From contig NC_042999.1 of assembly GCF_006345805.1 (NCBI RefSeq), positions 171,492,001 to 171,556,000 on the forward strand: DNA of 64,000 bases, in the 5' to 3' direction. A program made the position numbers and the translations under genes. Origin of the DNA: Octopus sinensis (Eukaryota). The notes beneath the pieces are model-generated. The model was not told where the DNA came from, did no database searches, and worked only from the letters and a program-made list of their open reading frames with translations. This document shows positions 14,025-27,254 of this stretch, piece after piece; position 1 is the first letter of the stretch; each line of letters begins with the position of its first letter.

Positions 14025-16006
14025 TGTAATGTGGCTTCCTCGCACTGGTGTGACGTGTGACTGTCGTTGTACTGTAGTTGCTATCTTACGCTAGTAGCCA
14101 CAATAGATATTAGTCATCGGATACCGTTGTAACTCTTCGAACCGTAATATTCTTTTCTACTCTAGGCCGAAGGTCCGAATTTTTGGGGGAGGGGGCCAGT
14201 CGTTTAGATCAACCCAGTACGCAACTAGTACTTAATTCCGAATTGACGAAATGAATTGTCGACCTCAGCGGAATTTGACTCAAAACATAAAGACAGACGA
14301 AATGCCGCAAAGCATTTCGCCCAGCGTGCTAAAACTTCTACCAGCTAGCGGCTTTCTTCTTACCGTAATATAAATACACTAACTTCTGTCTTACTATCGC
14401 TGAAAGCGCCACAAGTCACCGATTACACCTAAGGAATCCCAACTTTTCGACTCTCGACCCTTCCTTAATGACGGAGATATTGGTCTATTTATAATGGTTG
14501 ACTCTTACCCCTTTTTACCGGGAGGGGTATACAGTTTAACTATAAATCTCCCCTTTTAATCATTTTATTTAACAATCAATTCTTTCTCTTCCCCACATTT
14601 TATTTTTATATACTCAATATCTTCCTAGGGTCTACTTTTAGGATACAGTGTTCTTTCTTTTCTTTGTACGTGTTGTTTTGACTTCTTGTAACTGTGTTGG
14701 ACCATGAAAAGTGTCATATAGCCAATCCATCGATATTTCTATACTTATTGGTTCCTTGTCTATGACTTTTTCCATTTCTGTTTCTTATACCATACCTCAT
14801 TTCATTCATCCTATGTATGTTTCTCCTTCCCAGTATTGCTTGCCATGTTTGTACATGCTTACATAAACCTTTTCAGCGATACTAAAGAATATTGGCATGT
14901 CTTTTCGAGCACGTATTTTTTTCTTCACTGGTAACATTTTATCGAATACTGGATTCACCTTTCCAGTGAACATCCATCTGGCGCATCTTTGATTTCCTTG
15001 TGAAAAAATCAAACACATGAAAGAATCTGGAGTAAGCACACCCAATCTAAATCTCTTACATTTCTTGTTGACTCTGCCTGTCTGAGTAGCGAAGTCTTCA
15101 TCTTCGCTCTTTTCTATGTTGAAACATTTCCATCCATCTCGTATCAAACAGGGAGCTCTTTTGACATTTTGTGCAAAATTTCAACTGTGTCAGTGAAATT
15201 TGTGTCGGACGCTTTATTTATTTATTTGTTGGTAATATGAAGTTATTATACTTCTCATACTCTATTGTCGCCAGTTTTCTTAAAACTAGACGCGTTTTCG
15301 TTTCATCCGTCCAATCCTGACATTCTTTTTTGAAAATGTGTTCAACTCTTCGAAAATAAGCCTCGATGGTTACTCCTTCTTGAAGGTTATCTTTGAATTC
15401 GCTTATGAAATTTGCTAAATGGCCAGGCGAAAATGTTTTCTCCGGTTTGTTTATCAAGTGCATTAGTTGTAACACTTGCTGCTGCAACCCTTGTTGTTCT
15501 TGTTGTTCCTTGAGTTGTAGTTGTTGCTGTTCTTATAAATGAACTACCTCAGCTAACAAGTCTTCCATATTTCAGGATCTTCGTAAGTGTGCACAAAAAG
15601 AATTTTGTTTCTTTTTTTCGAGTTATTTAATTTTCCACGTGCATTAGTTTAAACTCTACGTGTGAATGCTTATTTTCCACTCCGCGTAAATTCTTTTTTC
15701 CTCATCGCCACTGTTGTAAACTGGGCTTCTCCCACTGGTGTGATGTGTGACTGCCGTTGTACTGTAGTACCTGTTTTACGCTAGTTGTTGCTAGTCATCG
15801 GATACCATCGTATCTCTTCATACCAGAAAAGTAATACAGTAACTCCTGTCTTACTATCGCTGATAGTTCCAGTAGGCACCGACTAGAACTGTCGACTCTC
15901 AACTCTTCGCCTCTCGACCCTGTCTTGATAACCAGCTATTGGTCTATTTATAATGGCTGTCTGCTACCACTTTTTTACTAGGAGGGATATACAGATCCAC
16001 TATACA
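14025..16006 (-). mobile_element. Internally deleted Ty3/Gypsy (Mag-like) LTR retrotransposon
   Basis: Direct repeats 14025-14546 and 15715-16006 (TG..CA). PBS TGGCGATGAGGA (minus, 15699-15710); PPT AAAAGGGGAGA next to 14547. Gag N-terminus ISEFK..GVTIEAYFRRVEHIF..WTDETKTRLVLRKLATIEYEKYNNFILP is fused to an integrase C-terminal remnant (KVNPVFDKMLP..EKVYV..QYWE). Confidence 0.9.
14151..14354 (-). mobile_element. SINE family A inserted in the 3' LTR
   Basis: Flanked by a ~17-bp TSD TCTTC(GA/TT)ACCGTAATAT (14134-14150 and 14355-14371); absent from the other LTR. Confidence 0.9.
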
Positions 16007-16815
16007 AAAAAAGGGTTTACATAAAGAGTCAAGTAATTCAGAAAAAAGTCTGAAAAATTCAAACAAGAATGTGAGATCTTGTTTTTCGTACCTCATCCAA
16101 AACTTTGTTTCACAGATATTTAAGAACCTAGTCTAGAAACTGTCTGTACCGTTCACATAAAACTGTCAGTATTAGGGATAAAATATTCATTTGACTTCGG
16201 GAGTAATTATAACATTTACATCCTTATATCATGCATCATATATTTATTTGTTCATCTGCAACGAATAATTTAATGAAGTTTTGCTTCCATATATTTAAAC
16301 AAAATTCTTCATCTGAAAAAAAAAATTCTTATTATGTAAATGAGTTTCGAAAATCAACATTTGTTTTTATCAATTTTTTTAATGTATATTTGCTGAGATC
16401 ATTAGACAATTTCAAACTCTGTGTTGCCTTTCTGCTATAGAAATACCTTTGGCAGAGATGCAACGTAGATTTAGGATTTAGGATTTAGGAATAAGTTGAA
16501 TCTGATAAATGGGAACAAAAGTATGTTGACAAATGCTCTACGAAAATGAAATTATGTGTGTGTGTTTGTGTATGAATGCATGCGCGTGTGTGTGTGTAAG
16601 AGAGAGAGAGAGAGGGGGGGAGATATCATTGAATATATTCTCTATTGAAATAATCCGTTATCTTCTGAAATACTCATTAATGATGTGAGGAGAACTTGAT
16701 GTCGGATAGTGAGGTATTTAATTCAAAAAATGTAACCAAATATTTGCGAAAAACAGACACACACATATGCACAAGGACACAGAGACAAAATATATGCGTG
16801 TGTGTGTGGGTGCGC

Positions 16816-16898
<83 letters not shown>

Positions 16899-17211
16899 GT
16901 ATATTTATTATAATATTATCTTTTCAACAGTTATTCAATATAATCTGTTATCAAGAAAACTCTAAAGTGCTTCAGCATTTGTCTGAAATAATGAAATATG
17001 TTCTAATAAACAAACACTATCTGATTTTGAATAATAGAATTGGTAATAAACAAAAGCCAAACCACAGAAAGGAATCCGAATAACAGAGAACCACCATGGT
17101 AGTTCGCTGATATTTCTGGATAATAAAATCATAAACTCGCATAATATATAAGAATACGCTGTAAAAGGGAATTTGCGATTCACTTCTGAGTTATCACAAT
17201 GCAAATTCGTG

Positions 17212-17378
17212 TATGTATGTATGTATATATATATATATATATATATACAATAATATAGTTATATATATATATTATATAATGTATATATATATATTATATA
17301 TTATATATATATATATATACTATATATATATTATATATATATATTATATATATATATTATATATATATATAAGATATT

Positions 17379-17410
<32 letters not shown>

Positions 17411-17827
17411 ATATAATATTTATATTATTATATTATATAGATATATTTATATATATAATATATTTATTATATATATATATTATAGATATATATATATATA
17501 TATAGATTATATATTATATATTTATAATATATTATAGATATATATTTATTATATATTATATATATATATTTATATAGATATACTATTATATTATATATAT
17601 ATATTATATATATATATATTATATATATATTTTTCATATATATATAATTTTATATATATATATAAATAATATATATTATATATATATAATATATATATAT
17701 ATATAATATTTATATAGATATATTATATTATATAATATTTATATATAATATATATTATATATTATAATATATATATACTATCGATATTTAGATATCCATT
17801 ATATATATATATAAATATATATATTAT

Positions 17828-17861
<34 letters not shown>

Positions 17862-17992
17862 ATATATAAATATTATATATATTAAATATATAAATATATA
17901 AATATATATAGTAAATATATAGCGTAAATATATATATATAATACTATGAAATCTCTTTTTAAATATATATGAATATATATAAATACATATAT
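17212..17992. repeat. Long degenerate (TA)n tract (~780 bp)
   Basis: Direct. Confidence 0.95.
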
Positions 17993-18226
17993 CAATAATA
18001 GAAATATTAAAATTACTAAGTCTCTCTAAAAGAGAACAACGGCAGCGTTCCCGGAAAATAATAGTTATCGCCATACTAATATGGCATTCTTATAAAAATA
18101 AGATAAAGCTGTCCGCTTATTAGCTCCATGAGGCAACGCCTTAAGTTAGCTATTTGATACATAAACTGTATCCATATAACCTTCGAACAAGGGAGGGGGT
18201 CAGTCGCTCCACACTACTTGACCGGC

Positions 18227-18277
18227 AGCTACAGACGCGTTTCGGGGTATTGCCCCTTTTCAATGAAGATCGTAACC
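18227..18277 (-). ncRNA. Type I hammerhead ribozyme, U3-A8 core variant
   Basis: Minus strand GGTTACgatcttCA-TTGAAAA-GGGGcaataCCCC-GAAA-CGCG-TC^TGTAGCT; palindromic stem III ACGCGT as in PLE minimal hammerheads. Confidence 0.8.
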
Positions 18278-18800
18278 AGAACCAGTAGGTGTCGCTTCGG
18301 ACAATCTCTGTTCCGAAGGTTTTATTTACCTAGCTTTCGGTGAATACATCCACTTGTTTTCAATAAGAGAAATATTAAATTCCTAAGTCTCTCTAAAAGA
18401 GAACAACGCAGCGTCCCGGAAAATAATAGTTATCGCCATACAATTGGCATTCTTATAAAAATAAGAATAAAGCTGTCCGCTATTAGCTCCATGAGGCCTC
18501 GCCTTAAGTTAGCTATTTGAACACAAACTGTATCCATATAACCTTCGAACGAGGGAGGTCAGTCGCTCCACACTACTTGACCGCAGCTAATAAGCGGAAC
18601 TTTATTCTTATTTTTATAAGAATGCCATATTAGTATGGCGATAACTATTATTTTCGGGAACGCTCCGTTGTTCTCTTTTAGATATGTAGACTTAGTAATT
18701 TTAATATTTCTATTATGAAAACAAGTGGATGTATCCACCGAAGCTATATATAAATTAAAACCTTCGAACAGAGATTGTCAGAAGCGACACCTACTGGTCT

Positions 18801-18847
18801 GGCTACGCTGCATTGAAAGGGGCAATACCCGAAACGCGTCTGTAGCT
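18801..18847 (+). ncRNA. Second hammerhead copy (inverted monomer)
   Basis: GGCTACgctgCA-TTGAAAGGGGcaataCCC-GAAACGCGTC^TGTAGCT; one A and one C shorter than the first copy (mutation or homopolymer error). Confidence 0.65.
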
Positions 18848-18955
18848 GCCGGTCAAGTAGGTGGAGCGACTGACCTCCCTGTTCGAAGGTTATATGGATT
18901 ACAGTTTGTGTATCAATAGCTAACTTAAGGCGATGGCCTCATGGAGCTAATAGCG

Positions 18956-19205
18956 CAAATGAAGACACATACAATAGAAGAACAAAATGGCTGACGGTTA
19001 GTAAGGAGGGACACACAAATAAGAAAGAAGAAAGCAAAGGACCACTGATGCACTCGCAGGAGTGTGACGAAAGAACTCTGGCCGAAATAAGATTAAGGTT
19101 AATGTAAAGTAATTAAGATTAATGAAGCAAAGTAATACCAAATATATAGTGCGTGTGTTTTTATTGGCTAAACTGGCAAAATGGCCATTCCTAAATACAA
19201 TATTC
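18956..19205 (+). mobile_element. Non-coding repeat with hammerhead-like motif, same family as 36395-36669
   Basis: 19017-19200 aligns with 36483-36666; CCA-CTGATGC..GTGTGAC-GAAAGAACTC-TGG at 19042-19081. Confidence 0.7.
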
Positions 19206-20070
19206 TTCTGCATACATAGAAAAACAAAGAGTGAAACTGATAGTATATAATAAATATTATGATTTAGATTCACTCCTTATTGAATTATTCGTTAAGCTCT
19301 GAGAAAAATAGGTACTTTACTCCTTCTCTAGGTCACAGATTTACAGAAATCAATTGTATAAAGATTCCTGGCATTCTTATTCAGATAAATGTTTATTTCC
19401 TCATGAGGTTCATTCTAAAAGAACAAGAAAGTGAAATGTACCTCTACTACACGAAGGCAATTTGAATCTTAAGAATCAAGTTAACAATGTATCACTGACT
19501 GTTGGGAGATGTTTCTGTCTGTGGTATAAAATACTAAATCAGTTTAAAGCAATGTACAGCAAATATCAACCATGACAGCTAATGGGATTTTGTTAATCAT
19601 TGAAGTAGTTATTAAATGTTATACGCAATACTATTGAATCTGATTGGGAATGAAGCAGCTATCACTAGTGTAAGATAATGAATCTTATTAACTTAATAAA
19701 AGTAATCAGTTATAACTCAATTATTTTGGAAAGAGTGATATTAATTTTAACTGTTCCAAATAGTATGGCTTCATCTGCAACAAAACTGCAAATTCTATAG
19801 GCAATAGCACACAGGAGGGAGACTCGGGCGTTGTTTAGTTACGTGGAGGTTTGCATATAATCGTGTTCAAAATTTGCAGTTGTATAATTTGAGTGTAAGT
19901 GTTCTGCAGAGGATAAGTAACTGGTCATTAGGTAGAATAGTGTTAATTGCATACAACTTTGTAATAAATTGTGGCTGCATGCGTATGATATGAGTGATTA
20001 TAATGTACCATACACTATGATGGAACATTGTTTATGTTGTATTTTTATAGTGACTGTTTCTTTTATACAT

Positions 20071-20210
20071 ACAGGAGTGGCTTCGTGGCAACATGGTTGC
20101 CACATGGTTCCGAGTTTAAAGACACTGCATAGCATCTTGGGCAAGCGTCTTCTACTATAGCCAAAGTCTTGTGAGTGGATTCGGTAAACGAAAATTGAAA
20201 AAAGTTCGTC
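20071..20210 (+). mobile_element. SINE family B, 5' half
   Basis: CACATGGTTCCGAG..CTTGGGCAAGCGTCTTCTACTATAG..GTGAGTGGATT matches 12109-12230. Confidence 0.8.
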
Positions 20211-20215
20211 ATATT

Positions 20216-20259
<44 letters not shown>

Positions 20260-20589
20260 CATATATATATTGTATGTATGTATGTATGTCGTATGTATGT
20301 ATGTATGCATGTATGTATGTGTATAATATATTATATATATATATATATATATATGTATAATAAATATATGGATATATATGTGTGTATGTGTGTATAAATG
20401 TAGAAGGTTGAATAGAACACACGAGTTGATATATATGGAAAAAAGTCAAGGTAGCAGATGCTAAAATAATTTTATAAAAAATACATTTCAGCTGTAAGCA
20501 TGGAAAACAATAACATTTGGGATAAATTAAAAGGAAAGTTTTTTAAAAGAACATTTGCATAGTATTCAAATACAAGGGACATTTTCCTT

Positions 20590-22600
20590 GTTTCTGCCTG
20601 TCTCTGTCTCTCTTGTTTACTTTCGTGGGTTCGAGGTCGTTGTGAATTCTTGGCAAAGAAGAAGAAGAAGGAGAAGGAGGAGGAGGAGGAAAAGAAGAAG
20701 ACGAATGCGGGAGTGCCCTGATAGTAGTAGAATGCTAAATGGCCAAGTGCCCTAAAAGTGACTTGTGGATTATAGTAGTCATTGAATTCTTGTGACAGCT
20801 CTTTTGAATGTATTGTTTTTTAATATTTGCGCAAGTGTTTTTCTAAGCAGCAATAGTAGTAAAGTAAGGAAGGAAGTGGTGGAAAGAAAGAGGGACGAAG
20901 AAGAAGAGAAAGAGAAAAGATAATATAATAAGGGTATGCAGGTGGATGATAGTTGTAGGATGTTAAATGGTCAGGTGACCTATAAGCAATTTTCTTGTGG
21001 ATTATAGCAGTGATTGAGGCTGTTTTTTAATGAATTATTGGGTATCTCTTGAATGTATCATTTGTAATATTTGCGCGTGTGTTTGTGTTATTCTAAGGCC
21101 GTGGTGGATATGCCGTTTGTTGTAGATGTGTTCAAAAGGATTCTGTATTTTGTAATAAAGAGAGTCTCTTTATTAATTCGTTGGCTACAGGTTGTATCGT
21201 CCCTGAATTAGTAGAGGGGGAAAATTCTAAAGCTTTTTGTTATTGGTACAAATGTCGATGTGTTGGTAAATGCTATTTTTCTGTCTTGGGAATTTTGATC
21301 TGGGATCTGGGCAGAGCCATCCTTTGACGTAAACTGTTTTTTTGTTTGGCCCATATATTGCTCTTGACTTCCAGAGTGGATTAGTGGGTATATCAGGTTC
21401 TCCGAATTGTATGTGAAACTTCTTTTCACTGTTTGAAGGAGAACTCTGATCCCTCAATTATATTCACGCATATCCCGCAGTTGAGTCTTCCACATTTTTA
21501 CTGACGGCTTCTGTGTTGCTGATGAGCGTATTCGGGCGTGTTAGGAGACTTTTCATAGATTTGGGTTGTTTCTTGCTTTTTATGATGGTGTGTGTTTGGA
21601 GGATTAAGTTCATACTGTGGTCCTTTCTTAACAGGGGAATGTTTTGAAGGATGGTGTCGAAGGCTAAGAATGCTGTGTGTGGATATGTATAGAAGGGCTT
21701 TTGGTTGTAAATCCTGCTTTGTAATAACCTCAAATTGAGACCTATAACAGGTCCCGCATGCGAAACCCACCACCTCTTAAAACCATTCCTCAAGCATGTC
21801 AAAAGCGACATAAGGGACGAACTGGATATGCTCAATCACCTTCCTGAAACAATAAAGAAAATCACTCTAGTAAAATCCTTCGATGCAGTCCACCTCTATT
21901 CCAATATTCCCCACAACCTAAGAATAGAGGCAATTCAATTCTGGCTGGAGAATTACACCAACGAACTCCCACATTACATCAAAAAGGAATTGGTGATAGA
22001 AGGGCTAAAATTCATCTTGGAGAATAACTACTTCGTCTTCAAAGACCCCTTTTGAACGCAGCTACAACAAACGACATATCTACCACGGCCTTTGAACAAC
22101 AGAAACACACACGCAAATATTTAAAATGATACATTCAAGAGATACCCAATAATTCCTTTAAAACTTTTTAGGTCACCTGACCATTTAACATCCTACTACT
22201 ATCATACCACCTGCATTCCCTTATTATATTATCTCTTCCCCTTCTTCTTCGTCTTATTTCTCTCCACCACCTTCCTCACTTTACTAGTATTATAAACAAT
22301 ACATTCAAAAGAGATCTCTCAAGAATTCAATGACTACTAACATTCACAACAAGTCACTTTCAGGGCACTCGACCATTTAACATCCTACTACTATCATGGC
22401 ACTCCCGCATTCTTCTTCTTTTTCTTTTCCTCTTCTTCTTCTTCTTCTTCTTCTTCTTCTTTTTCTTCTTCTTCTTCTTCTTCTTCTTCTTCTTCTTCTT
22501 CTTCTTCTGCTTCTTCTTTTTTCTTCTTTTTCTTCCTCCTCTCCTTCTTCTCTGCCAAGAATTCGCAACGACCTCGAACCCACAAGAGTAAACAGACAGG
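20590..22600. mobile_element. Rearranged Penelope/Poseidon-like element with ~550-bp inverted terminal copies
   Basis: 20590-21135 and 22055-22600 are inverted repeats. The minus strand 21135-21735 has a GIY-YIG remnant (NSENLIY..QYMGQT); plus 21735-22055 is PLE RT (LRPITGP..KSFDAVHLYSNIPH..LKFILENNYFVF). Confidence 0.85.
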
Positions 22601-25199
22601 AACAATTACAGTGCAATACATTTTAGTGAGAAATTTGCGCCATTATACACACCTTTGTACAGTAGTAGTTTATGTATGAACTCGTGACAGATTACATAAT
22701 AAGCTAATCCCGAGAGTATTTGAAATTAGAACCAACAAAGGTATGGCACAGTATGCATTCTATCATGTCTGGCAACACACTTTGCGAATATTGATAATTT
22801 CCTCACGAAATCGAAAAAGGATCGAGAAACTGAAGTAATAACCTTCAAAATTCGAAGAATCGATATAATTATACTCCTTGCACTTATTCTATTGAGCAGA
22901 GAGTCTCCCACACAACGATTGCGTATTGAAAAAGGCTTCAACAAAAGCGAAAAAATTTTGTTTTATGTAGAGAAATATCAATGTAGTTGATTTACCGATT
23001 GTATTTAGGCACACGATTAACACCAGATAAAGTAGTAATACGAAATTAGAACGGTAAATGATACTTTCCACTTTATCGTATTAATTAAGGAAGTATAGAT
23101 ATGCGGTTGATGGAAATTGTTGATAGACGTGAAAATCAATTATCGTGGATGTAGAAATTTGAAACTCATTTGATGTTATCCACTTCAGAGTCAAATTGCT
23201 GTTCAGATATACAGTGGCCTTAATTATTCATCTTAAGTTTCTTGCACATGAGTCTGCGCGTGTGTGTGTGTGTGTGTGTGGGGGGGCTATGTGTGTGTTT
23301 GTAAGTGTGTGTGTGTTAGTGTGTGTGTGAGTGTGTGCGTGTGTGTATTTGAACAAATGAAGTATTCATCGATTTCACTATCTGTTTTCATGAATGAGAT
23401 TTACTCCTCTTTTAACAGCTGCCTCGTTAATAATATTCAGGAAATGAATGCATAAAGATAAGGAATACATTTTAAACAAAACATCGATGCTTAATTATTG
23501 AAAAGCCGTCACGTGTCTATATAGCATTACGGAAAAAATGTTGCAAAAGAAAGGCCATTGAGTTCTTTAAAATGACCCCGAGCAACTTAAGTAATATACA
23601 GATTTTAATTAGCGATAACCATGCAATAGAATCGCGATAACAGATGTTACTGTATTGTGGCTAATTGGTTTTTGCAAGTATTGGTTGGAGTTCATAATAA
23701 GGAAAATATATTAAGTTCAGCAGAATAATTACTAAGTCTTTCCTTTCAATTATATGCAACAAAAAGTGAAGAAATATGGGAAGTTTTTATGATTAAATTA
23801 GTAAGTCTGTTATTTTAAAGAAACTCAATACATATTTATTTGAAGTTTCCAATTTCATTTTACTTTTTCACAACGATTTTCGGTATCATTTCGTGATCAA
23901 AGTAATAAAAGTTATTTAAGAATGCTGCTCCATCTCAAATTATTTTGTTTCAAGTGAATGAAAATTGCAGTCAAGTATAATTTTGCACTGAATTTCACTT
24001 ACAATCGAATTATTTATCCAAGTTGCATAATGATTGTTGTATCCGTAAAAAACTTATGGAAGGAAGCTGTTATTGAGAAATACACAACATTACAGACTGG
24101 GTAAAACCGTCTGGTCTACCCAAGTTTTCTGACTACAAATAAGATATAATTTAATAATTAATTGAAAAACATTGATATAAATCATTTCGCATTCATGATA
24201 TCATACAAAACAGGAAACTACAATGTAAAACTCAAAAAATATATAATTGTATTTCAGAAATATAAACAGTAAGTTGCAATAAGCAAAACATTCAGAACCA
24301 GTTATCGCACTAGCATTGACTCGCATACGCATTGAATCGGACAGAATGCATCGTTATTTATATGTGTATCAACTCGAGAATTGGCACTAAAGAGTTACAC
24401 ACACACACACACACACACAGACGCAGATACACGCACACATACAAACAAATACACACACACGCATGCATGTTTGTTTTATGTTCAGTTATAATAAACAAAT
24501 TTTTTACATAAAGCTGATAGGTTACTCTACACTTTTGTAGAGTACAAATTTATTATTCTCATACAAGAATGTTGTTGAGAGTGACATCGAAGTCTCGTCT
24601 AGTCAGCCCATTGAAAATGATCTAACGAAATTCGATGGATTAGCGAAATTTGTCGGATTAGCAAAATTGAACGGATTGTATATGTGTGTGAGTGTGTGTG
24701 TATGTGTGAATGTGTTTGTATTTGTGTGTGTGTGTGTGTAACAAGTTGAAAATGATAGTCATACATTTTTCGTCTATTGGAGCAAATTTGGCTCACAGCT
24801 GTTCCCAGTAGTCATTATAGGTACATTACTGATAGGTTTATTCAATTGATCTATTGATTAAATGAGAAAATTTGAACGACCTAAGGAAATTAATTCTAGT
24901 TTTATTTTAGCCATTTTCTAGTTATAACAAGAAGAGCACTGCAAAATGGCTATTGCCTGGGGAAGGGAAAAGATGGGAATATGCAAGTAGAATAAAGAAC
25001 GCAGGAAGGCAGGTTACAAAGGCGTGGAGATATGTAAGGTGATGGTATAAGAAGCAGGGGCATTCTATTGCCAAAATTGGGAAGATCAAAAGTCATAAAA
25101 TATAAATAGAAACATTATTTCTTCTATATCTCTCAATCTCTCACATTCTCTCTCCCTCTCCCTCTACAACAGAATATGTTACAGAAAAACTGATACACC

Positions 25200-26160
25200 A
25201 ATATTTCAATTCCTACTTAAAAGAAACATCCCATACAGTGTGTCAACACACATCCGTGATATAGTGACTGGCACCAACATACGTGAAATCAGGCTCAACG
25301 AACTCAAAGGCTTCTTTACAATGCAGAAATATGCCTTAGGATTAATTAATAAGGGAATTAAATAGGCGCTGAAAATGAACATCACCCAACTACGGACAGC
25401 TACGGAAAATGTTGAAAGATGATTCCATTCGATAACAAACACAGTCCTGGAATAACCAACATCTTTGACGCCATAAAATCGAACTTACCCATACTCCTAC
25501 AAAGCCCCAATATGAAAAATCTGATAGAAAAAACACCTTACGGAATAGTAAACGCCAACCAAAACCTCTAAAAAAAATACCTCACAATGGCAGAATTCAA
25601 ATCAGAGAATGAACCAGATTTCTTAATAAAATAATATGGAGATAGGAGATGTGGAACATGCAAGAACCTCAACAGCTTCAAATACTTGGAATGTGGTTTC
25701 CACATAAAATTCAAGAGCGGATCCCTTTTCAAAATAAATGCAGATATGAACTGCAAAACGCAAAACCTCATATACCGCATGACCTGCCCAAACTGCATAG
25801 AAAATTACATTGGCGAAACAATTATCTCTGCGAACGTGTAAGAATCCACAGGCAACATATCCAACAAGAGGAATTACGCAAGATTCCATTAAGCAAATTT
25901 CTGGAAGTATGCAGCGACGGAAAATTCTAAAATGTTCCCTTTTACAAACGTGCGCGGGACGATCCGCAGTACTGAAAAGCAATGGAACTACATTTCATCA
26001 AAACTTCTCTCCAAAATTGAATGTTTGAAAGAAAAGCGGAGACAGTACATTTTGTATCTTTTATATAACTCAAATATCGGAAACATAATGCTCATCTCTG
26101 AAAATATTCAGATGTATATCTGTGACATTAAGCTGTGTAATATTGAGATGTTTATAAGTG
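25200..26160 (+). mobile_element. Penelope-like element 3' fragment (thumb, Cys motif, GIY-YIG)
   Basis: DRRCGTC; DMNCKTQNLIYRMTCPNCIENYIGET; LCERVRIHRQHI; frameshifted. Confidence 0.88.
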
Positions 26161-26428
26161 TTATATTAATGATCGAAGTTACACAGTATAAACACGGACA
26201 TATTCCCAAGCATAGAGACACACACATACGCACGCACAAACTCACACATGCACGCACAAACTCACATGCGCACGCACAAACTCACACTTCATCAAGGGAT
26301 TCGCTCCAAAATTGAATATGTGACGGTAAAGCAGAGAATTTGCATTTTTCGTTCCTAATGTGACTCGTCTCTAGAAATGTTCAGGTATATATATATGTGT
26401 ATCATTGGAATGTTCTAGCTTTACGTAT

Positions 26429-26464
<36 letters not shown>

Positions 26465-26486
26465 GTAAAATTTATTTATTTATTTA

Positions 26487-26896
26487 TTTACTCTTTTACT
26501 TGTTTCAGTAATTTTACTGCGGCCATGCTGGAGCACCGCCTTTAGTCGAGCAAATCGACCCCGGGACTTATTCTTTGTAAGCCCAGTACTTATTCTATCG
26601 GTATCTTTTGCCGAAACGCTAAGTGACGGGAACGTAAATACACCAGCATCGGTTGTCAAGGAATGCTAGAGAGTCAAACACAGACACACAAACATACACA
26701 CACACACACACATCTATATACATACATATATATGACAGGCCTCTTTCAGTTTCCGTCTACCAAATCCACTCACAAGGCATTGGTCGGCCCGGGGCTATAG
26801 CAGAAGACACTTGCCCAAGATGCCACGCAGTGGGACTGAATCCGGAACCATGTGGTTGGTTAGCAAGCTACTTACCACACAGCCACTCCTGCGCCT
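26487..26896 (-). mobile_element. SINE family B, near full length
   Basis: Reverse-complement match to 12089-12510; head GGCGCAGGAGTGGCTGTGTGGTAAG with A/B-box-like motifs. Confidence 0.9.
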
Positions 26897-27254
26897 ATTT
26901 AACTACATTTCATAAAAAAAATTCTCTCCAACACTGATTCTTTGAAAGAAAAGGGGAGAGAATACAATTTTGAATTCTAAAGAGGAGTAAAAGAAAGAAA
27001 ATGAAAAAGAAGGAAAGAGGAGAAAAAAGAGGGGAACAAAGAAAAAAAGCAAAAAGACTTTCAGTGATGGCCTCACCGCACCTGTATTTTTTTAAGAGGT
27101 CACCAGCCTTAAACCCATTCCAGTACAATGGTAAATGATAAGTAAATAAATAAATAAATGAATAGTGAATAGGAAGGGGGACACCCTATCTCTCTCACCC
27201 TCCCTCTCTTTTCCTATCTATCTGTCTGTCTGACTATCTAAATATCTATCTATC

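Larger units (their letters stand above)
17993..18955. mobile_element. Non-coding 368-bp hammerhead-bearing unit: 1.6 tandem copies plus one inverted monomer (retrozyme / PLE pseudo-LTR-like)
   Basis: 17993-18360 repeats at 18361-18589; 18585-18955 is the reverse complement, circularly permuted. No meaningful ORF. Confidence 0.88.

Noticed and set aside
16470-16490. (TTTAGGA)3 telomere-like repeat
   Set aside because: Only three units and not the metazoan TTAGGG.
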